Positions 56,116 to 64,000 of a stretch of DNA of 64,000 nucleotides are shown one piece after another (the first letter of the stretch is position 1; each line of letters opens with the position of its first letter). A program made the translations under genes and the position numbers. Source of the stretch: Eledone cirrhosa (lineage: Eukaryota); contig OZ024740.1 of NCBI GenBank assembly GCA_964016885.1, positions 169,322,001 through 169,386,000 on the forward strand. The letters run 5' to 3'. Under the pieces are notes generated by a model that was not told the DNA's origin, made no database searches, and worked only from the letters and a program-made list of their open reading frames with translations.

Positions 56116-58050
56116 TGTGGTATGTATGGAAATGTATGCTTGACGAGAATGGGCTAACCACTACATATAAATAGTAGCGGCCTGAGTATGTGGGAAGGTT
56201 GGTACCAGTTCCACAGTTAGTATGTTGATAGTCACAGTTCGAGTTAGCGTGTTGGATTGTTGGTTTTTAAAAGTTTGTTGTTCCGTTACGTGTGTTTATT
56301 GCCGTGTGTTTCGAACATATTGTTATTACACGGTTGCAGTGTAGTCGTTTCTCCATTAGGACATGACATCTGGCGACGAAGACCGTTCGAAACTCACATT
56401 GATTATTTGACAATTTCTGCGTCATGGAAAACCTATTAGCCGCAGTAGTACAGCTTCAAGAGAAGCAATAGGAACAACTACAGGAGTTGCAAAATCAAAT
56501 ACTACAACAACATCAACTAATTGAGTTACAGCGACGAAGTCTGAAAATCCAGTAAACGCGTTCACGCTAGACGGTGTGGCTGACGAAATTTCTGAATTTA
56601 CGTATAATCCGGAGGGGGGGGGGGTATTAAGTTTCCTGCGTATTATAGAAGATACGAGGAAATTTTTACCAACGAGTCATGGTCAGAGGAGCAGAAAGTA
56701 AGGCTTTTACTACGCAGAGTAGCTCCTTCCGAACATAAGCGTTACTGTAATTTTATTCTGCCCAAAATGTCGAGTGAGATTGGTTTCCAAGAAACCGTGG
56801 AATTGCTTTCAACATTTTTTTTGTGATAGAAGTTCATTGTTTAAAACCAGAATGAAGTGTTAGAACTTAACAAAAAAATGAGGAGGAGGATTTTATCACC
56901 TACGCCGGAGTAGTCAACCGTATATGCGAATATTTCAAACTCCAGGATCTTACTCAGCATATGTTCAAATCACTTGTCTCCGTGCAAGGACTTATAGCAT
57001 CTGAAGATAGAGAAATTCGAGCAAGGATTCTCTCAAAAATTGAGCAAGCAAACCGAGATTTATCCCTACAGACCATGGCAGAAGAGTGTCAGTCTATGGC
57101 AAATCTTTAAAATAATATGAAAAAGATACAAAGACTCTGAAAAAATTCAAATGCATCGTCCCAGGAAGCACAATAAAACAAAAAAGTGTCAGGCCCCAAT
57201 CCGTGTTATGGTTGTGGAGGCCCACACTGTAAAAATGATTGTCCGTTTAAATACCAAAAATGCTATAGTTGTCAGAAGCTGGGACACAGGAGTTCTCACT
57301 GTAGAACAAGACTACGAGGTTCAAACACAACAAATTCTAAAGTGTTTTCAGCGGAGAGTGATCGCGACGGAAAAACAAGAAAATTCGTGCACGTAAAAAT
57401 AAATGATGTGAATACCAAATTACAGTTAGACAAGGTAGTGATATATCGATTATAAATGCGGATACTTTGAAAAAAATTGGTAAACCGAGATTACGTAAAA
57501 CAGGGAAAATAGCGCGTGATGTAACGGGCGATAAATTACATTTTCTTGGGCAAAACATGTATCGACGCCACATTTCGTGGAGAGATACACGAAGCAAAAT
57601 TATTCGTTGTGGATAATACAATCAATCTGTTTGGCACAGATGGTTGGAACTATTCGATTTATAGCACCTCCCCACAAATCTTTACTGCAATAACATAAAC
57701 GGTTGTCCCGTTAAAAACAAGACTTCGGGAGAGTTGAAAAAAATGTTCCCGCAAGTGTTATTTAGGTATATGTAGAAAGACGGAAGCCTATTTTCAAGTA
57801 AGTCAAAACACAGTACCTGTATTTAAAGCAAACAGAAAAGTACCGTTCGCGGCAATTGAAACCGTAAATGAAGAGTTGGACAGACTAGAAAACAGCGGAT
57901 TCATCAAAAAGGTAGTTTACTCGAAGTGGGCGGCACCCGCGGTATGTATTAAAAAAAGAAATTAGGCTGTGTACCAATTTCTCTACAAGATTAAATGACT
58001 GCTTAAAAATATACCACCATCCACTCCCGACTGTAGACATTTTTTGAAAG
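56116..58050 (+). mobile_element. Decayed Ty3/Gypsy LTR retrotransposon, 5' part (LTR ~56116-56368, PBS TGGCGACGA at 56371, gag, protease, start of RT)
   Basis: FPAYYRRYEEIF...KVRLLLR, zinc knuckles CYGCGGPH...C and CYSCQKLGH...C, LQLD-GSD-like protease site, RKVPFA...ELDRLE...SKWAAP; many stops. Confidence 0.82.
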
Positions 58051-60113
58051 TTAAATGGTAGAAAACTTTTTTCCAAACATGCTCGCCCACTACATAGAAA
58101 ACCTTAACTTCAATATCACAGAAAATAATCAAACACCTGGAAAAAACAACATGCTCCCAGAAGAACAGAAAGGATGCCGCAGAGGCTCGTATGGATGCAA
58201 TAACCTCTTAATAATAAATAAAGCCGTAACTGAAAACTGAAAAAGTAAAAAATAAATAAATAAAACAACAAAACAAAAACCTCGGCATGAATACTCAACA
58301 AACTAGCCATGAAGAAAATATCAGCAAAAATAACATTCATCAAACATGCCATGAGTAAATGGCAAAAAATTCTGCTGATACAAAGGATAAACCAATAAAA
58401 ACAGCCTATCCCAATCATGCCTATCATTAACACCACTATCTGAAACACTAAACAGAACTGGACTTGGGTATAAATGCTACAATGGGAAAATTATCCACCT
58501 CCTATATATGGATGATCTAAAACTGTATGCTACAAATGAAAAACAACTCCAAACACTGTTCCAAACTGTACACGGATTCACAAAAGAAAAAGGCATGACA
58601 TTTTGATCAGAAAAATATGCCAAAGCAACCCTGAAGAGAGGGAAACTAGTGAAAAGCAATATCATATTAGATAAAGAAACAGAAATAAGAGAATTAGATC
58701 AAACGCAGACATACAAATACTTAGATATCAACGAACTAGATAAGATCCAAAACACACAGATGAAAGAAAAGATTAGAAAAGATTACTACAGAAAAATTAG
58801 GTTAATTCAAAACTGAACTAAATGCAAAGAATAAGGTGATTGTCATCAACACACTAAAAGAACTAGATGGAATAGATAGAAAAAAAAAACGACCGCATTA
58901 AGAATATACCATCCAAAACCAGACGAGGAAAGATTATACCTACCAAGAATACAAGGAAGAAGAGGTCTTATGTAACTAGAACACTCTTATAAAATAACTA
59001 TTGCAGGACTACAAAAATGTCTAATAAAAAACAAAGGAAAGCTAATACAAGTAGCCACGAAACAAGAACAAAACAAAAAACTGTTCTCGGTCTTTAAGGA
59101 AGCCCAAAAATTCAAATCAGAAACTGGACTAACAAATAATTGTGCGGAAAATGAAAGCAAAGAAAAAAACAACAGAAATTGTAAAAGACATGAAATTTGA
59201 ATTGAAAACTGTCATCCAGAATACCATGTTAAAACGATGGTAAAAGAAATCTTTACATGGTCAATATCCCAAAAATCTAAATAGAAAGGAAGAAGACAAA
59301 TAAAACATACAAAACTGGCCCCGAAGCACTGGACTAAAAGCTGAGATGGAAAGATTTCCAATTGCAGCGCAGGACCAGAGTCTACCTAGCACAAACTATT
59401 AGAAGTACATAATGAAACAAAGCACAATAAGTAACTGTAGAATATGTGGAGAGAGAGAAGAAACAATCAACCACATAGTCTCTGGGATGCCCAGCTCTAG
59501 CTAAAAAGGAATATATCCAAAGGCATGATAGAGTTGGGACCTTCATACACTGGAAATTATGCCGGCATTAGGAAATACCAACAGAAAAAAATGGTACCAA
59601 AAAGAAATCCAAAAGAAAACGCAGCAGAAAAAGTGTCAGAGAATGACAAAGCATCCATTCTCCGGGATATGCCAATACATACAACCGACCAGATATTATA
59701 GTCAAATATCGCAAAGCAAAATAAGAAAAAGAAATACTTTCTAATGAATGTATCTATCCCCACAGACGACTATATCTTCCAAAGAAATAGAGAAACTCTC
59801 CAAATATATAGATCTAGAGATAGAAATAATTCGAATGTGGAAAATGAAAATAGAAACAATACCTATAATAATAGGTGCTCTAGGAATGATGAAAAACACA
59901 AACAAATACATAGCCCAAATCCCAGGACTTACAAATATATACAGATACAAAAGATAGCACTACTAGGCATTGCACACATATTACGAAAAGTACTATCAAT
60001 ATAATAGAAACATCAGCAAAAACTATACAGCTCATACCCAAGGCACACGGAGCTGTGTTCGGTAAATCAATAATGATGCGCAATAAAAATAATAATAAAA
60101 ATAATAATAATAA
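58050..60113 (+). mobile_element. Decayed R4/Dong-clade LINE (RT to restriction-like endonuclease) with (TAA)n tail
   Basis: EEQKGCRRGSYGC, HLLYMDDLKLY, AAQDQSL, CRICG...ETINHIVSG, RHD, KYIDL...PIIIGALG. Confidence 0.8.
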
Positions 60114-60480
60114 TGAAGTCCTGGGAGACAGAGATAACGCCAGGTGGAGAATCCTTGGCAGGAGAGAAGATCAAGAGAGGTATCTTCCAAGGAGATAGTT
60201 TGTCCCCTTTGTTGTTTGTCCTTACCCTCATACCATTATCTTTCATATTGCGAAAAGTGTAATCTTTCATATTGCGAAAAAGTGATACAAGCTGGGAAGA
60301 GAAGACCTTACCACCAACCACTTCCTCTTCATGGACGATCTAAAACTCTTTGTAAAGAGCGAGAAGTAGTTGGGTGTACTTATTAACACTGTCCGTATTT
60401 TCAACAATGATATATGTATGGAATTTGGTGTTAATAAGTGTAGGGTCCTAGTGATGAGGAGAGGTAAATTGAATGGATGG
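60114..60480 (+). pseudogene. R4/Dong-type RT fragment
   Basis: IKRGIFQGDSLSPLLFV, HFLFMDDLK, MEFGVNKC; similar to 62640-62975. Confidence 0.7.
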
Positions 60481-60484
60481 ATCT

Positions 60485-61190
60485 CATGGGAATGGCGCAA
60501 GTCTGTGCCTCTCCCACAAGACACCCGACGACAAGCACCAACCTCGTTGCTAATACTCTGGCCAAAATTTTGAACTCTGTATTCAGCAGAATTATGGGCT
60601 TGAAACTATCAACGTTGCTCCCTTTATTCGGGTTTTCTCAGCAGCGCCACCGCTCTCGGCTCACAGAACTGGGAATTCTCCCGTTTTGCTGCCAGTTGCA
60701 GTAGACGTCTACCAAAAGGTCACCGAACAAGTCTGGTTTGTGTACGCAAAACTGGTAGGGAAGACCATCCAAACCAGGCGATTTAATCCTCATGCAACCA
60801 GTCATTGCCTCCCGTATCTCAGCGACTGTTATCGGCCTTTCGCAGAACTCCGCCTCCGTTGCCTACAGCCGCGACAGGCCGTCGAAGTAGGAACTAAAGT
60901 CCATTACGCGATCCGGCCCGCCACTGCTCCCGAACAGTTGAACAAATTGCTGCTGAAAGGCCGCACAAATCTGCTCGGCATCGACTAACATGCGCCCGTC
61001 ATGGTCCTCCAAAGACCGGATCATGGCTTTGTTGCCATAACGCACCTCCGCCACTCGGACTTATCGAACGGTATTCGTCTGAGAGAACGCACCCTAACTC
61101 TGACAACACAGCCTTCGTGCTTTGCGTTGAAGAATTGGTGCTAGTGCAATCTGAAATTCGAAAGTTCTCTTTATGAGTGCTCAAATATCA
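60485..61190 (-). pseudogene. L1/Tx1-clade LINE ORF2 fragment
   Basis: Minus strand FKPIILLNTEFKILARVLATRL...LVGEAQTCAIP, plus a GRDSPG--GLPY-like motif. Confidence 0.65.
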
Positions 61191-61254
61191 AACCTAAATA
61201 ACTGTGTAAAGGAGGCGGGAACTTCCTGTCCTGTGAAGGATTCTCACCTGGAAA

Positions 61255-63180
61255 GTGCTCCCTGGTTCAGCGAAGGAATTGAATAAAACTGTAATGAAAT
61301 GTTATTTGAAAAGTGATTTCACTAATAAAGACTATAGGAAACGAATGCATCAAATTTGGACCGATATTGGTCTATTTGAATTAGGTGAACAAAAACTAGC
61401 GGATCAGGTTCGTGTAACAAGAACTAATGGATGGATAAGCGAGTTGGAATTGGAGGAACTGGGTAGAGAGATTAAGCTGGAAATTGAGAGTGGAATAGAT
61501 CAGGCAAATGAGTCCTTAGCAAGCGGAGCGAATCAGGCAAATGAGCCAGTAGAAAATAAGGGTGAAATGGTTGGGAGATCTGGGAAGTAACTAAATACGA
61601 TAATGATCTAAATGTTGAGATAAATAACATTTGGATACGGTCATTGAGAACACTGACAGGCTAGGAGAAAATATTGTTGAAATTCCGAATTTAATGGTGG
61701 ATGAAATTAATAATGATAGTGGAAAACCTATGAATCTAAGATTTATAGACAGAAAAAGTTAAAAGAAATGACAGATAAGGCAGACTGGGTCGTCCCAAAT
61801 CTTGAACGAAGAATCTTCACCAATGCAACAACATTCACATTTCAACTGAAAATGTAGTGAAAAAATTGCTTGGTATCAAAAGGAGGGAAAACAGACGAGA
61901 AAAGACCAAACCACGGTGGAAGAAGCAGTTGAATGGTCAAATCAAGAAAATAAGAAAATAGATCAAGAAATTTGAGTCTTTATTAAACGGGCCATTACAA
62001 AACATAAATAGTAAGGATAGATTGAAAATAAAATACAACTCTAAGGGGAAAGGGTTAAATGTTATAAGAGAAGAATTAAAACAACGTGTCAGTCAAAAGC
62101 GCAAAAACAATGTTTCAGTCAAAAGTGCAAAAATCAAAATATATGAGAGCAGAGTTAACCAGTATAGACAAAACCACATGTTCGACAACAACCATATGCT
62201 ATTTGAACAGTTTGAAGGGAAAGAAAGAGGCAATGATGCTACCGCTGAGGGTGAACAGACCAACACATTTTGGAGAGGGATATGGAAGCCAAGAGAAATG
62301 GCGTTACCAACTATAGGCCTATCACATGTCTGTACTTAATGTGGAAATTGCTCGCAAACATTATGTTTGAGGAAATTTACTACAACCTCGTCATAAATAA
62401 CTTATTGCCGGAGGGAGAGAAAGGATGCCGAAAGAAATCCCGTGGTACCATAGACCAGTTATTTATTGATATGATGATAATAAGGAACTGCAAGAGGAGG
62501 CATACTTGTCTTGACATAGAATGGATAGATTACAAGAAGGCATTCGACATGGTTCCTCATTCTTGGATAATAAAGTGTCTGGAAATCTTCAAGATGTTGG
62601 GTAACACCAGACTGCTATTAAGTAATAGCATGAATATCTAGAAGACAGAACTAACATCAGGTGGAGAATCCTCGGGAGGAGTGAAAATCAAGAAATGTAT
62701 CTTCCAAGGCGATAATCTGTCTCCCTTATTGTTTGTTCTTACCCTCATACATTTGTTCCTCGTCTTGCGAAGAGTGAAGGCAGGATAGGCACCAAGAAGA
62801 GAAGAGCTTATCACCAAACCAACGCCTCTTTATGGCCGACATAAAACTCTTCGAGAAGAGTGAGGAGTTGGTTGTACTTGTTAACACTGTTTGAATTTTC
62901 AACAATGATATATGTATGGAACTTGGTGGTAATAAGTGTGGAGTTCTAGTGACGAGGAGAGGTAAATTGAAGGAAAGTAGAGGAATTGATGTACAAACGA
63001 GTGAGGTGATAAAGGAGACCGACATCGAAGAAGGATATAGGTATTTGGGTGTACTAGATGCAGATAACACCAAGGACAATAAAATGAAGATAAGATCTAA
63101 AAACATGAGAGTAAGGAACATACTAATATCACATCTGAATAGTAGAAACGTCATAAGTGCAGTAAACTCCCGCATGGTTC
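61255..63180 (+). mobile_element. Decayed R4/Dong-clade LINE, N-terminal region and RT with internal deletions
   Basis: YRKRMHQIW...EQKLADQVR, NYRPITCL, KGCRKKSRGTIDQLFID, WIDYKKAFDMVPHSWI, IFQGDNLSP, GYRYLGVL. Confidence 0.78.
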
Positions 63181-63187
63181 TAAGAAA

Positions 63188-63263
63188 ATGGAGATAGAAT
63201 GTGTAGCAGTAAGGGCGGGGCTACAACATGGCCTCAGCCGGATGGCTGGAGGAGGTAAAAGGA
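63188..63263 (+). mobile_element. Diverged short 3' tail of the CR1-group LINE family
   Basis: TGGAGATAGAATGTGTAGCAGTAAGGGCGGGGCTACAACATGGCCTCAGCCGGATGGCTG aligns to 11287-11346. Confidence 0.75.
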
Positions 63264-64000
63264 TATATATATATATATATTATATATATATATATATGAG
63301 AGAGAGAGGGGGAGAAGGATGTGGAGGGAATAAGTGGGCAAGAAGGGAAACTATCTTTAATTTTAAACACCCGCTCAGAATACAGTACATTGATACATTT
63401 GTATATGAGAATAAAAAGGAAGACTCGCAGAGAAAATAATGTAAAGAGAACTAAAGAAAGCGCGAAGGAAAAACAGAGGATCATGTCGTTGAAATAAAAC
63501 ATTTTCAGTAAGAGACAAGTTTAGCATGCAATACAGGAGTTGTATGTCTTATTTGGTTTCTAAATTATATTTAAAAAAAAAGCAAGATAGACGCTTTTGA
63601 AATATATAAAATAATATAAAACAGAAGAGTTTTCTTTTATCTTAATTCATGATGTACTTACCACAAAAATATATTACCAACGCGATTTAGAAAGATATTA
63701 GTATAACAACACACTTTTTTACTTCCCATAACATGTATTATTTTTGCCAAATAAAATATAAATTCATTAATTATCGACAATTGTATGTAAGGATAATGTC
63801 TTAATTTCACCATATAATTTTGGGTATGGTGAAATCCGTAATAAATGCAATATTCTATGAAATTAAAATTTTTTCTATGCTACATTTTTTTCTAGTTCCC
63901 AAACACGCACCCGCTACATGTAATAAATACTATTGCTACAGAGTTCTATAGCATTGGCCACCGAACTTTTAATATCTCGTGAGAACAATTTTGAACAAAT

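Overview
Animal (eukaryotic) genomic DNA, very AT-rich and made almost entirely of transposable elements nested in long interrupted (TA)n/(CA)n microsatellites. The SINE and LINE tail types suggest an octopod cephalopod (inference). The only host gene I can support is two coding exons (15746-16336) of an atypical, Arg/Tyr-rich tandem-Kunitz protein. Mobile elements include one apparently intact CR1-group LINE (7373-11295), a truncated RTE LINE, RTE-derived non-autonomous elements, several Penelope-like elements (PLEs, one Naiad-type), a four-unit Helitron array, tRNA-derived SINEs, and decayed Ty3/Gypsy, R4/Dong and Tx1 remnants. The most notable signal is RNA structure. By eye I can fold about 15 complete type I hammerhead ribozymes, some degenerate, from several families. 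Three non-coding arrays (units of ~700, 591 and 585 bp) carry one hammerhead per unit and look like large retrozymes that would be copied from circular RNA. The 591 and 585 bp families share a non-canonical U3-A8 core, a pseudoknot, a loop II hairpin and a duplicated upstream 10-mer, and their stems covary. All folds and family assignments were made by eye, without database searches. Most ORFs in the supplied track are microsatellite artefacts.
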